This document shows positions 1 to 12,783 of a DNA stretch of 64,000 nucleotides, one piece after another. Under the pieces are notes generated by a model, which worked only from the letters and a program-made list of their open reading frames with translations, did no database searches and was not told the origin of the DNA. This DNA comes from Octopus sinensis (lineage: Eukaryota). Location: NCBI RefSeq assembly GCF_006345805.1, contig NC_042999.1, positions 65,100,001 to 65,164,000 of the forward strand, in the 5' to 3' direction. Numbering within the stretch: position 1 is the first letter of the stretch; every line of letters starts with the position of its first letter. The translations under genes and the position numbers were made by a program.

Positions 1-2
1 TT

Positions 3-161
3 CTACGAGAAAAGGAGTTAGAAAACCAAACCGATGCTGAAAGTGCGTTCAGAGAGATCATCAGCTACCGAATTCCGGATTTTTATGTTACCAGAATAAA
101 CAAACTTGTAACTCGTTGGCAAAAATGTTTTGATTGCAATGGTATTTACTTTGATGAATAA
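3..161 (+). pseudogene. C-terminal fragment of a mariner (Hsmar1/SETMAR-like) transposase; the element continues upstream of the window
   Basis: Frame 3 reads LREKELENQTDAESAFREIISYRIPDFYVTRINKLVTRWQKCFDCNGIYFDE*, matching the mariner C-terminus pattern DFY.TGINKL..RWQKC.DCNG.YFD. Confidence 0.85.
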
Positions 162-924
162 AATTCCTCATTGTTGAAATATATTGTGATGAATTTCATA
201 GCCGCAGTTTAATGACTGGAATCAGTAAAAGATAAAAGATTCTTCGTGACACCTGGAAAAAATACTCGATATTCAATTTCTTGATGAAAAATACTGTTTA
301 AAGCCCACCAACTTATCAAATATTTATACATTCCTAGAGGATTTCGCAGAGACGATTTTTCTAATCTTGAACAATAGCAGTCACAAGAATACATTGTCAA
401 ATTCAGAAAAATATCTTTACAATCTATTTAAAGAAATCAAATGAAAATTTACGGTTGAATCTACACATAGAAACCAAATGTAAATACATCAAGAAATAAG
501 TAAATATGTCTTCTTGAACGTCAATATTATCAACTGTGTTGGTGGCATATTTAACCTCAGCAATTCCCAGTTCTCGTTCAACGAATTACTTCTCTACATA
601 CACTCACATTCCAACACCGCCACAATGTGTTAAACAGGTTAGAAACATATCTCTTTTCAACTTTCTCGCTATTCTTTCTGCAAATCAACTTTCAAAAATA
701 CTTAATAATAAGACAACATTACACTGCAAAAAGTAAATTTTCTGGAACTATACAATAGCCAACACATTATATATCATAACAACACAAAGGCAGAAACAAA
801 ACATTATCTCGTTCTAACGAGACTAAGAATCTTGACACATTCCTAGTGAAATGCATTTCGTTACAGCCCTTTGTCGAAGAAAGGTTGATATGTTAGGAGG
901 AGGGTACTATAGTAATTATAAATC

Positions 925-1138
925 GAGCTGGCAGAACCGTTAGCACGCCGGGCGAAATGCGTAGCCGAATTTCGTCTGCCGTTACGTTCTGAGTTCAAAT
1001 TCCGCCGAGGTCGACTTTGCCATTCATCCTTTCGGGGTCAGTTAAATTAAGTACCAGTTACGCACTGGTGTCAGTGTAATCGACTTAATCCGTTTGTCCT
1101 TGTTTGTCCCCTCTATGTTTAGCCCCTTGTGGGTAATA
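925..1138 (+). mobile_element. tRNA-derived SINE, group A
   Basis: gagctggcagaa head, B-box-like gagttcaaattcc, body tcatcctttcggggtc..aagtaccag; many homologues in the window. Confidence 0.85.
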
Positions 1139-1469
1139 TTACTGAACCCCAGTACTGAGAATATTGAGCATTGAGTACAGTAACGCTTACTAAAATAAAA
1201 CAAACACCCTATTCATATACATATATGTGGCAGTTCAGGAAGTAATTTTGTCGCAAGCAACAGAACTCTACCACTGAGGTAGTTGGCCCCTGAAACAGGA
1301 CAATGCATCATTCTATACATATTTGTCGAAAGTTCATAATTCACCGTGTCGAAATGAATTAGAAACTTAAACATTGACAGAATAAAGAAACTCTTGTAAA
1401 TGTATTGGGTAACTTATCCCCAGTATGTACATCGGCACACACAATTCATGCATACATATAGAGAGAGAG

Positions 1470-1718
1470 GTGGAGGCGCGTGGCTTAGTGGTTAGGGTGT
1501 TGAACTCATGATCGTAAGGTTGTGGTTTCGATTCCTGGACCGGGCGATGCGTTGTGTTCTTGAGCAAAACACTTAATTTTCACGTTGCTCCAGTCCACTC
1601 AGCTGGCAAAAATGAGTATTTCTGCGACGGACCGGCGTCCCGTCCAGGTGGGGAATTTCAAAGCCACTGAAACCGGGAAACCGGCCCTTATGAGCCTGAC
1701 ATGGCTCGAGAAGGAGCG
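1470..1718 (+). mobile_element. tRNA-derived SINE, group B (middle M1 + tail T1)
   Basis: A box tggcttagtgg, B box gtttcgattcc, CORE-like gtgttcttgagcaaaacactt, then ggcgtcccgtccagg. Confidence 0.85.
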
Positions 1719-1860
1719 AATAGAGAGAGAGACGCACATATATATATATATGTAGGTGAGCATACCAGAAGATACACATTGAACAACACTAAAACACAAT
1801 CACAATTAAAATCACGTGAACAGTCTCGTATCTCGCTCTTTTATTTATACTTGATATATA

Positions 1861-2089
1861 TTTCTTTATTGCTCACGGGGGGCTAAACATAGAGGGGAGA
1901 AACAAGGACAGAAAGAGGGATTAAGTCGATTACATCGACCCCAGTGCGTAACTGGTACTTATTTAATCGACCCCGAAAGAATGATAGTCAAAGTCGACCT
2001 CGGCGGAATTTGAACTCAGAACGTAACGGCAGGCGAAATACCGCTAGGCATTTCGTCCGACGTGCTAACGCTTCTGCCAGCTCGCCGCC
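1861..2089 (-). mobile_element. SINE group A with 19-bp TSD
   Basis: Reverse complement of the 925-1138 family; flanked by ttattt(a/c)tacttgatatat at 1841-1859 and 2091-2109. Confidence 0.9.
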
Positions 2090-3033
2090 CTTATTTCTAC
2101 TTGATATATTTAGAAGAACAGGTTGTATCTTTCCGCGGAGATTTAATACAAAGGAGGTAATAATTTCTTGAAAATAATTAGTGAGATTAAAAGTTTAAAT
2201 TAGCAATTAAAGAATAAGAAAATAAAGGTTGAAAATACAAATATTTAATACTTTTTGGCTCCTCCCTTATTAGAAAGTTAGTAATATTTCAGTGGTAATT
2301 ACGAAGAATACTCTTTCGTTCTTTTTAGAAAATCACCACTATAACATATCTAGAAGCCTTGATATAATAAATATGCTAGAGACCTCTTCTCAAATTATTA
2401 ACCCTTCAGATAAACACATGAAATGCAAGAATGAAATCGAACTCGAACATATTTAATTCTCCGGAAGAATATATTCTAAATAATAAAGAAAGCGTTTCCT
2501 ACTTATGCCATAAAGTATATTTTCTGCAAACCGTTTTTAATGTCATAGTCTTAAAATAAGCTATGCATATTGCCAGGTCGAAAAAAAAAAAAAGAAAAAG
2601 AAAAAGAAAAAACCCCAAACATATATTTTCAATCAGATCTGCTTTTTGCAGTAAAAACTTGTCGGTTACTATCGTCAAGCTGCTGTGCACAAGAATCACA
2701 AATTTGTAAAGCATTGGAATCTGAGAAACAACCAATTTTAGATCTACATGACAAAAGAATACATAAAGCATTCTGTCTTACTTTTTCACCTTCTAACTAA
2801 ATTCTAGTTAACTTCACAATGGTGGGATTTGCATTGTTCATTGTTCATAGATTTATATATCTCTTCATACAACATCCACTGCTTCATATATAAATATATA
2901 TATGTGTGCATGTGTGTGTGTGTGTGTTTGTATATATATGTGTATATATAAGTGCATATATATATATGTGTATATGTTTACATGTATTTATATATAGGCG
3001 TGTATATATGTGTGCATATATATATATATATAT

Positions 3034-3463
3034 AGGTGCAGGAGTGGCTGTGTGGTTAGTAGATTTCTTACCAACCACATGGTTACATGTTCTGTCCCAC
3101 TGCGTGGCACCATGGGCATATGTCTTCGACTATAGCCTCGGGCCGACCAAAGCCTTGTGAGTGGATTTGGTAAACGGAAACTGAAAGAAGCCCGTGATAT
3201 ATATATATATGTATGTATGTGTGCGTGTGTGCGTGTGTGTATGTATGTGTGTGTATATGTTTCTGTGTGTCACCCTCATCATCGCTTGACAACCGATGCT
3301 GGTGTGTTTACATCTCCGTAACTTAGCGGTTCGGCAAAAGTGTCCGATAGAATTAGTACTAGGCTTACAAAGAATAAGTCCTGGGGTCGATTTGCACGAC
3401 TAAAGGCAGTGCTCCAGCATGGCCGCAATCAACATGACTGAAATAAGTAAAAGAATAAAAGAA
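3034..3463 (+). mobile_element. tRNA-derived SINE group C with internal microsatellite
   Basis: ggagtggctgtgtgg head, ..gaaagaagcccg-(TA/TG)n-catcgcttgacaaccgatg.., tail gtgctccagcatggccgc..gtaaaaga. Confidence 0.88.
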
Positions 3464-3664
3464 TATATGCACACACAAACACACACATACACGTTTCCAT
3501 ATACCTGCACACACACATACGATCATACATAGACGTATGGATATATATACATACACACTCTTCGACATTCTTAGTCTATTATTTCTATGTTTAACACTGA
3601 TTTTAATAATATACTTTCTCCTAAAAATATTTGATTGTTAAATTCTGAACCAGTTTACATTAGG

Positions 3665-3760
3665 CTGAAGGACGAGGCAGCATTTAAATCCCACAAGCTC
3701 CCTAAAGCGTCACATGGCACATCTGCAAAAACACAGGTGTGATTTACGAGGCAATACCCA
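3665..3760 (+). mobile_element. Short probable RTE-type LINE 3' end preceding a (TATG)n tail
   Basis: LKRHMAH-like zinc-finger remnant followed by ..acgaggcaataccc and the TATG array; similar layout to the other RTE 3' ends. Confidence 0.35.
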
Positions 3761-3762
3761 TG

Positions 3763-3794
<32 letters not shown>

Positions 3795-4246
3795 TGTATG
3801 TATGTATGTATGTTTGTTTGTATGTATGTATGTATGTTTGTTTTATGTATGTATGTATGTTAGTTTGTATGTATGTATGTATGTATGTTTGTTTTATGTA
3901 TGTATGTATGTTAGTTTGTTTGTATGTATGTATGTATGTTTGTTTGTATGTATGTATGTATGTATGTATGTATGTATGTGTGTTTGTATGTATATATATA
4001 TGTATGTATGTTTGTTTTTATGTATGTATGTATGTATGTTTGTTTTATGTATGTATGTTTGTTTGTAAGTATGTATGTATGTTTGTTTGTAAGTATGTAT
4101 GTATGTTTGTTTATATATATGTATGTTTGTTTGTGTGTATGTATGTATGTATGTTTGTTTGTATGTATGTATGTTTGTATGCATATATGTATGCATGTTT
4201 GTGTGTATGTATGTATGTATGTATGTATGTATGTATGTATGTATGT
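3760..4246. repeat. Long degenerate (TATG)n/(TTTG)n microsatellite
   Basis: Directly visible; source of the MYVC/HTYI ORFs. Confidence 0.97.
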
Positions 4247-4423
4247 GAGGAGGTAGATGTACATATGTAAGTTAAGGAAACGCAGTAAAGACTTCTCTGG
4301 AAATTGTGACTAACCAATACAATTGTGGTTTGACACAATTGCCAAGGAATGAAGAACTCGGCCTCTGCGTGTTTCTCTGTGTGTATATGCCTGTGTGTTT
4401 GTGTGTGTGAGCATGTGTGTGTT

Positions 4424-4465
<42 letters not shown>

Positions 4466-4750
4466 TGCGTGCGCTTGTTGTGAGTGCTGAGTATGTGTGT
4501 GTACGTCACTGAGTGTTTGTATATGCGTACATATTGGTGTGTGTGTAAGTATGTGTGTATGTATTGGTGTGTGTGTGATATCTGTGCAAAATTTCTCTGA
4601 TGATTAAGTGTATCACACGTTTTTATTTTATCAGTCTTTTATTGTAAAGTGTTAGAATTTAACTCAATATAAATGAGAAACAATGGAATAGAAAGTAAAG
4701 GAACATGGTATTCTATATACGGATGTTGCATACATACATACATACATACA

Positions 4751-4781
<31 letters not shown>

Positions 4782-4788
4782 CTATGTT

Positions 4789-4831
<43 letters not shown>

Positions 4832-4842
4832 CTCCCTCTCTT

Positions 4843-4910
<68 letters not shown>

Positions 4911-5615
4911 ATCATGCATAGATACGTATATCCTATATGCATAGTACATATACACTTAATTTCATACATGTAAACTTATATATCACTGCACCATAGAGAG
5001 AAGAGAAAATAGAAATTACTCAGAAATACATTCTGATAATTTAACTTTACCGATATATAACAAAAAATAAATTGAAGAATTAGTATATGAAAATAATGAG
5101 TTAATCCTGATCTAAAGTATCTGATTCATGAGTTCTGTCTATAAATATAATGAAGCTTATAACTTATCTTCGTGGAAAACCTCCGAAGAAATTAGGCAAC
5201 TGCCAACTTACATTTAACTTCACATAATGGCAAAGAAAAATTATTAGTATAAGACAGGGAAAGGTAATTAATTTTCCGGCATTGTGTTCTATCTTTAAGA
5301 TGTAGCTTCGTGACAGTAAATTTAAATTTGAACTGTGATGTTACGTAAGGTATACTTTTGAATAGAGATTTGATTTAAGCCTCACCTTCTTGTTAAAAAT
5401 TAAGAAAAATACAAGGCGAGGCCATAATTTCTTTTTGTATTCAATCGCGTTCAGAATTTCGCCTATTTTGATTATTTTCCAAATTTTAATGGGGCCTCAT
5501 CAGATATGTATATATATAGATAGCGTGCGTGACAGAGCACGAGTGTTTGTAATAGAGAATGTGTTTTACATAAGTATATACATACATGCATGCATACATA
5601 TACATACATACATAT

Positions 5616-5916
5616 CACCGTGACCGATCAGGATATCAGATGTTGCTACACAACGCTGGTCACAATGTGGCTCACATTGTTTTAGCCTTCAAATGACACC
5701 AACCCGCTGGCTAAGTGAGCAGGCCAACAGAAGAAAGAGTGAGAGAAAGTTGTAGCGAAAGAGCACAGCAGGGATCGCTAACACCCCTGCCAGAGTCTCA
5801 TGGAGCTTTAGGTGTTTTCGCTCACTAAACATTCACAACGCCCGGTCTGGGAATCGAAACCGCAATCCTACAACCGCGAGTCCGGTGCCCTAACCACTGG
5901 GCCATTGCGCCTCCAC
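5616..5916 (-). mobile_element. SINE group B (middle M2 + tail T3)
   Basis: Reverse complement head gtggaggcgcaatggcccagtggttagg; tail ..gaaggctaaaacaatg..cggtcacggtga. Confidence 0.85.
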
Positions 5917-5937
5917 ACACACACACACACACACACA

Positions 5938-6160
5938 TGGTCAATTCAAATAAACAAAGAATTCAAATGAACGGATAAAAGACGAAAAAAAAGAGAAAAA
6001 CAACGAACGTTACGACGTGCACAACAGGTATATTAGATTGACGCTGGGTGAAATGAGGGAGTTTAACGTCCCGAGCATAGCTTTTCGTCGGAAAGGAGAG
6101 AAAGAAAAGTCCAAAGAAGGAAGAGAGAAAATCATCAACTGGCCACGTGTAGTTACATAA
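5938..6160 (-). mobile_element. Penelope-like short element with decayed hammerhead-like core
   Basis: Minus strand ttccgacgaaaagctatgctcgggacgttaaac..agcgtc, homologous to 43262-43461. Confidence 0.5.
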
Positions 6161-6228
6161 CATATATACATAATCATTTTACATTGCTGTTAAGGTAAGA
6201 TAAAAAAAAGAGAAAGTAATTTATCTAC

Positions 6229-6480
6229 TGTGGAGGCGCGTGGTTTAGTGGTTAGGGTATCAGCATCATCATCGTAAGATTGTGATTTCGATTCCTGGAC
6301 CGGGCAACGCGTTGTTTTCTTGAGCAAATTACTTCATTTCACGTTGCTCCAGTCCACTCAGCTGGCAAAAATGAGTAACACTATGATGGACTGGCGTCCC
6401 GCCCAGCTGAGGAACATATACGCCATTGAAACCGAGAAACCGGGCTCATGAGCCTGGTTAGGCTTTAAAAGGGCGCATTT
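6229..6480 (+). mobile_element. SINE group B (M1 + T1 variant) with TSD
   Basis: Homologous to 1470-1718; flanked by taatt(t/c)atcta. Confidence 0.85.
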
Positions 6481-6774
6481 ATATTTTATTTTAATTCATC
6501 TAGTGAGGGATGAATATCAATTAATGTACATGGTATAAAAATATCAGCAGCTGCTAGTTTCTTGCTTTGGAGACGCGGGCCAGGCAGGTTTATTATAACA
6601 CGTCTAATCTACGTGATCTGAGCATACGGTCTATTCACTTTATACATATATACATACATACATACATACATACATACGTACATATGTATGTTTTAGCCTT
6701 CAAATGACACCAATCATACGTACGTATGTGTGTATGTATGTATGTATGTCCGATTAGTTCTACGTCGGATATAG

Positions 6775-6924
6775 GCTATTATTACCGCTAAAGGTTTTAG
6801 TTGCCAATTCTGTACAAGACATTGTGGATCTTTAGCTGGGCTAAAAAGTCACATTCGATCACAGCACCAGTAACAGTTAAACTTCGTGTAATGACCATAC
6901 TCGATAACGAAGGGGCAGCCATAA
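6775..6924 (+). mobile_element. RTE-clade LINE 3' end (5'-truncated) within a (TATG)n array
   Basis: 6781-6873 encodes ITAKGFSCQFCTRHCGSLAGLKSHIRSQHQ* (C-terminal C2H2 finger); 3' UTR ctcgataacga..gcagccata followed by TATG. Confidence 0.75.
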
Positions 6925-7051
6925 TGTATGTATGTATGTATGTATGTATGTATGTATGTATGTATGTATGTATATATGTATGTACGTACGTACGTATGTA
7001 TGTATGTATGTATGTATGTATGTATGTATGTATGTATGTATGTATGTATGT

Positions 7052-8250
7052 ATACAGGGTGCGGTGAATAAATTATGGTCTAAATTACACAAAGCAAAAA
7101 CAAATGAAAATAATACCAACATTTTAACAGATATATTTACCAAAATTACATAAATTGACTTCGCCACTGACTTCAACCACGGTCTCCAGACTACTTCGGA
7201 ATCCCTTACAACTCTTCTAGACGGTGTCCCGTTTTAAGTTGGTGAATGCTGCCATAATCCTTGCCTTCAGTTTATCTTTGGTGCCACAAGGAGTTTTGTT
7301 GGTCACTCGCTCAACTACACCTCACACATAATAATCAAGGTGGTTGCAGTCTAGGGAGTTTGATAGACAGATGTTTGGGGTGATGTGGTCGCAGAAATTG
7401 TCTGACACCCATGACTGGGTTCCACTACTTATGTGGCATGGTGTAGAGTCCTGTTGCCAGATATAGGGCCTTCCCACTGCTACCCTCTTAACCTTGGGCA
7501 GTACTGCCTCCTCCAAACACTTGGTATAGGCCTTCGTGTTGAGTTTGTGACCGTGTGGGAAGGCATAGCTTGTGATCAGTCAAAACACGATGTTGACTGG
7601 ATGTTTAATTTTTATCACTCTTGGTACATGTTTTGGGGACACAGTAAGCCAATAGTTGTTCTGTGTGTTCACCATCTGATACTGGCAAAAACTTTTCTCG
7701 TCTAAGAAAAACCAAAATTTGATGGGTGCATGAGTTTGTTGAAAAGTCTCGTAGCGAGGTCTTTCCTTTTGTCCTTGATGGCTTGGGATAAAAATTGGCC
7801 CTTTCTTATCGTGTATGAGGAATAATGAATGTCTTCCTGTGCTATCTACCTCATAAGAAGCTCAGACACTCCCATGCCCCTGTCGATGGGGTGATAAATT
7901 TTCAGGGATCGTTGTCAATAATGGCTTGGATCTCACCAACAAATTCAGGAGTTCTTTTCTTATCAGAACGATCAGAGTGTTTTCCGAGGTGCCTTAACTT
8001 TGTAATCAACATTAGGCTCATCCAACTCTGCCTGAATCCTCTACACTGTCTTCAGATTGACATCGAAATATTCTGAATGAAATGTTCGTGTTGGAACTTC
8101 CGGTGCGAATGCCAAGCAGTACAGCATGTCGTTTCCAAATTTCCAGCAGAGTGAATTGCATCATATTGCATTTTTTCGTCACATACGGTACCCAACTGAC
8201 TCTACTATACTGTGTTGTCAACAAAATGAAAAAAGAAACAAACAGTGTCC
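7052..8250 (-). mobile_element. Decayed DD37D/maT-like Tc1/mariner transposon with transposase pseudogene
   Basis: Minus-strand peptides MMQFTLLEIWKRHAVLLGIRTG.. and WQQDSTPCH..CLSNSLDCNHLDYYV (cf. QQDSAP.H..WPPNSPD.NPLDY); TA-CAGGGTGCG end at 7052; frameshifts and stops. Confidence 0.85.
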
Positions 8251-8251
8251 A

Positions 8252-8285
<34 letters not shown>

Positions 8286-8346
8286 GAAAGAGAGAGAGAG
8301 AGAGAGAGATAGATAGATACATATACAAATATATATATATATATAA

Positions 8347-8868
8347 TACAAAATAGGACAAGAGCGCAAAACATCCAGATAGTTAAGTGATAAAAAAATG
8401 GGACAACAAATCATTCAGATAGACGACACCAAGAAAACAAGGGCGGGTCATTTAGAGTTTTCTTTCCTGAATCGAGTTCCAGATTATCGTTGCAATTTCG
8501 GCTGGTTATACTTGAGATTGCTCCAATCTGGTCAGCCCCCCCCCCAAAAAAAAAACAAAGCTAAGAGCATTTAGATCCCTCGGAAGAAAGCAGCGAATGT
8601 ATATGAAAAAAGGATGGAAAAAAAAAACAGAGAATGTTACACAAATACAAATAACAGAAAATACTAGCAGGTGTCTTTCGACTAAGGACGAATTAATTTA
8701 AGCTGGCGTGTATGGAGGTAAAGCCTTGCGGCAGGGACACAAGATTTCGCAGGCGCAGGTAGGAATACAGATGTTGCACGGACGACAGCCGAACCAAGAG
8801 AGAAAGGTCAGGCTTGGCCGAACACAGGTTACGTGATGAGAGAAGAGAAAGCGGTAGAGGCAGAGGGA
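8347..8868. mobile_element. Unclassified repeat fragment(s) flanked by (TA)n, possibly Penelope-like
   Basis: Bounded by TA arrays on both sides, A-rich element-like composition; no diagnostic motif resolved. Confidence 0.35.
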
Positions 8869-8883
8869 TATATATATATATAA

Positions 8884-9221
8884 AGGGTAAAGACCCCCTT
8901 CGGTCATGAATGACCATGGGATTGCACCTAGAAAGTTACCCTCCTAGACACAAGTCCGGGCAAGGTTGTTTATGGAAGACCAGCAGTCGCCCATGCATAC
9001 CAGCCTCCCCTCTCCACGCCAGCAGTGTTATCCAAGGGAAAGACAAAGGTCGATACAGCTTGGCACCAGTGACGTCGCAACTCATTTCTACAGCTGAGTG
9101 AACTGGAGCAACGTGAAATAAAGTGCCTTGCTCAAGAACACAACACGCAGCCCGGTCCGGGATTCGAGCTCACAACCTCACGATCGTAAGCTCGACGCTC
9201 TAACCACTGAGCCATGAGCCT
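8884..9221 (-). mobile_element. SINE group B (M1 + tail T5)
   Basis: Reverse complement ggctcatggctcagtggttagagcg..ctcgaatccc head; tail ..ggcgactgctggtcttccataaacaaccttgccc..gggggtctttaccc. Confidence 0.85.
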
Positions 9222-9336
9222 TATATATATATATATGTATTTATATGTATGTATGTATATATATATATATATATGTACATAGCTACATTTATCTGTCTGT
9301 CTATCTATCTATCTGTCTATATATATATATATATAT

Positions 9337-9531
9337 AGTCGCCATGATAGATCGGTAGCCACTGCACACATTTTTCTCTCTTTGTTTCTTTCTGTGTTCC
9401 TTTCTGTGGAAGAGCGTAGGCTCGAAACGTAAAAGACTTTTTCAATTCCCGAGCGTGATACTAATACATCTCTTTGTTTTCTACACCACCTGTCTTCGTC
9501 TTTTGTGTTTTTTTTCGTGAATTCTCCCCAC

Positions 9532-9532
<1 letters not shown>
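9337..9532 (+). mobile_element. Penelope-like short element with hammerhead-like core, inserted in (TA)n
   Basis: ctgtggaagagcgtaggctcgaaacg..cccgagcg..ctaatac..acctgtcttcgtc. Confidence 0.6.
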
Positions 9533-9586
<54 letters not shown>

Positions 9587-10046
9587 TCTAGGCATAACGA
9601 TAGTAATAATCAGATGTTAGAACTCAATATATTTATACTTCAGAGTAAAATGCCAGGAGGGTAAAGAACGTATTATCAATTAATGGATGACACAAGAACT
9701 CGAGTTATGCAATCGCCGTCACTAGCTTCCAGCGGTTTCTTCCACAAGAAGCACTGCATTCGGAGTGGAGTTCTTGTGAAACATATTATAGCTTCCTCGG
9801 AGCCATTAAAATGTAGCATATGCTTATTTCGGAAAACAATTACATAAACTTAAATTCGTTGCACAAGGTCTCAGCTCTGAGCGAAATGCTTCCTAAAGCA
9901 GAATCAGCGGTAAATTATGTAAGCTAATGTAAATTGTACCGCAATTTCTGCCTGTTTGTCATTTGTGAATTGATATGTGTGTGTGTGTGTGTGTGTGAGT
10001 CTGTATATATATATTTATTTATGCATACATACATTAAATGCTTTTA

Positions 10047-10617
<571 letters not shown>

Positions 10618-10914
10618 TATATATATATATGTGTGTGTGTATATATATGAACAATTTTCAACGGGTGTAGCTTGCACTGCACTACACCCCACTTGTTGGC
10701 TGAAGTAGACTTTTAACCGTTTGACATGAAAATTGATAAAACAAGGAACTTCCAAGGCCTCAGGTTTTATTTTGGAGATTTCTTCTTCTAGATAGAATAC
10801 CAACCAAGGTTAAAAATCTTCTACCTTGAAATAAGCTATCCCCTTCTAGACACCAAACCGACACCCAAATATTTAGGAACCTATGGAAAAGGAACCCCCA
10901 CCAACTGTAGTGCC

Positions 10915-11170
10915 TATATGACGGTGCGCAACTGTCAATGCAATGCATGCCAGAAGGCCAGCAAATCTAACGGAAGCATCAAAAGACATTCCAAGATTCG
11001 CAGAGATCAGAATTTACCTGCTGCACTTGGTGGTCCAAGTCGGAAATGCTATCTATGTGGGTGCGTTTTCAAAATATTGTCTGGTTTGAAAAACCGCATG
11101 GGATACCATGATGGTTGTAAGGTGTAGGTACAGGCGGTGGTCAGACTCTGTATAAGGAGTAGAAAACCAC
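10915..11170 (+). mobile_element. RTE-type LINE 3' end (second family)
   Basis: ORF 10918-11127 has two decayed C2H2-like fingers (CNACQK..SIKRHSKI; CYLCGCVFK.LSGLKNRMGYH), a short 3' UTR and a (CA)n tail. Confidence 0.6.
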
Positions 11171-11203
<33 letters not shown>

Positions 11204-11227
11204 TATATATATAAATAGCAGTCTGCA

Positions 11228-11530
11228 TCCAAAAGGATGAAAGGTAAACTCGACCTCGGCGGAATTTGAACTCAGAACATAACGGCAGACGAAATACATA
11301 TTTCTTTACTACCCACAAGAGGCTAAACACAGAGAGGACAAACAATGACAAACAAACGGATTAAGTCGATTACATCGACCCCAATGCGTAACTGGTACTT
11401 AGTTTATCGACCCTGAAAGGATGAAAGGCAACGTCGACCTCGGTGGAATTTGAACTCAGAACGTAACAGCAGACGAAATACGGCTACGCATTTCGCCCGG
11501 CGTGCTAACGTCTCTGCCAGCTCGCCGCCT
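11228..11530 (-). mobile_element. SINE group A, head plus tandem body units
   Basis: Two copies of cctcggcggaatttgaactcagaac. Confidence 0.85.
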
Positions 11531-12322
11531 TCTGTGCAGCTTAAACTAACAGCATCAGACTCCGTAATGATAAGTAAAAACAAATTCTGTCTAATATCTG
11601 CAAGAGAAGAAAACTGGGTCCGATATGGTTTTATTTTTCTTCTTTCATCTTAAGAGTTCTTTAGTAACAGAATAACCTTCCTTAGAGCGCGAAATAAGGA
11701 GAGATAGAAAAGGAAGGAGAGAGAGGGGGTAGAGTGCGAGAGAGGGTGGGAGGGAGAAATACAGAAAGACAGAAAGAAAGAGATAGAGAGAGAGAAAGAA
11801 AATAACAAAGAAAGAAAGAAAGGAAAAAGAAAGAGACCAGTAACTTTATCCATTTCTAATCTATGTTATCCATAACTCAGATAAACTTAACAGTTGTCTC
11901 TTGAATACAATACCATTGATCAAGCTAAACTAGGTTACATTCGAAGCAATGAAGCTCGTATGATGTGCAGGTTTCTGTTTTCAGCTGTTGTGGTTTAATC
12001 CCGGTTAAATATGTAATATATCCTTTTCAAAAGCAACATAATCTTACAGCTAAGTAACTATGAATAGACAGTTTGTCTGAGTTACCGAATTTCTTCTAAT
12101 TTTGTTTGACATGTCTAAACCCAACGGAAATTTCATTGCTGATACCTGTTGCTTGCTATGATCTGATATTGTAGACGATAAAAATGTTTCTTACTCTAAT
12201 TCTGTTTTGTTTCTGATCTGTCTAAGCATTTTTTTATTATGAATAAATGTTTCGTTTTATATGTTTCCCCTATAGTGCCAATCTCTCGCATATGTATGAC
12301 ATGGAAAATATACGTACACATA

Positions 12323-12625
12323 CACCTTCGACTCGACTTAACACCACAAGGAATACGGAAATAATAAATAAATAAATAAAAAAAAATTTTAAATCGATTT
12401 TCGGACGCTGGTCAGCTCCGCGTACGATAACTATAGCAGGATCTGGCAACGCAGGTCTCCCTCAGACCCAGCCATTCACTGCCCGCCACTGTTTCTCACT
12501 CAGCTGCTTACAAGTATCAGTTGCGCCTGAATGAAAATAATGTTAAAAATATAAATCCGACATACGACCAGATCGACTTACGACCTGTCAGTCGGAACGG
12601 GACTCCGTCGTAAGTCGAGAAGGTG
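12323..12625. mobile_element. Tigger/pogo-like MITE
   Basis: Ends TA|CACCTTC..TCGACTTA and TAAGTCGAGAAGGTG|TA; subterminal tcgacttacgac..gtcgtaagtcga motif typical of Tigger elements. Confidence 0.65.
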
Positions 12626-12783
12626 TATACATACATACATACATACATACATACATACATACATACATACATACATGCATACATAATACATATTTACATA
12701 CATATGTAAACAAACAGACACGCTCAATCTCTCCCACTTTCAACCACACACACACACACACACACGCACATACACACGTAATT

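Noticed and set aside
209-677. Possible minus-strand exons (ORF 209-422; 608-677 with gtgagt donor)
   Set aside because: Phases are incompatible for a continuous frame and no recognisable homology; cannot be supported without RNA data
1470-1545. tRNA-like sequences at SINE heads
   Set aside because: They continue into SINE bodies and lack proper acceptor stems, so they are not tRNA genes
2637-2800. DLLFAVKTC peptide resembling a Fringe-type glycosyltransferase motif
   Set aside because: The similarity does not extend and no partner exons are visible
3739-4270. Long ORFs rich in [12 protein letters not shown], here and throughout the window
   Set aside because: They are translations of stop-free microsatellites
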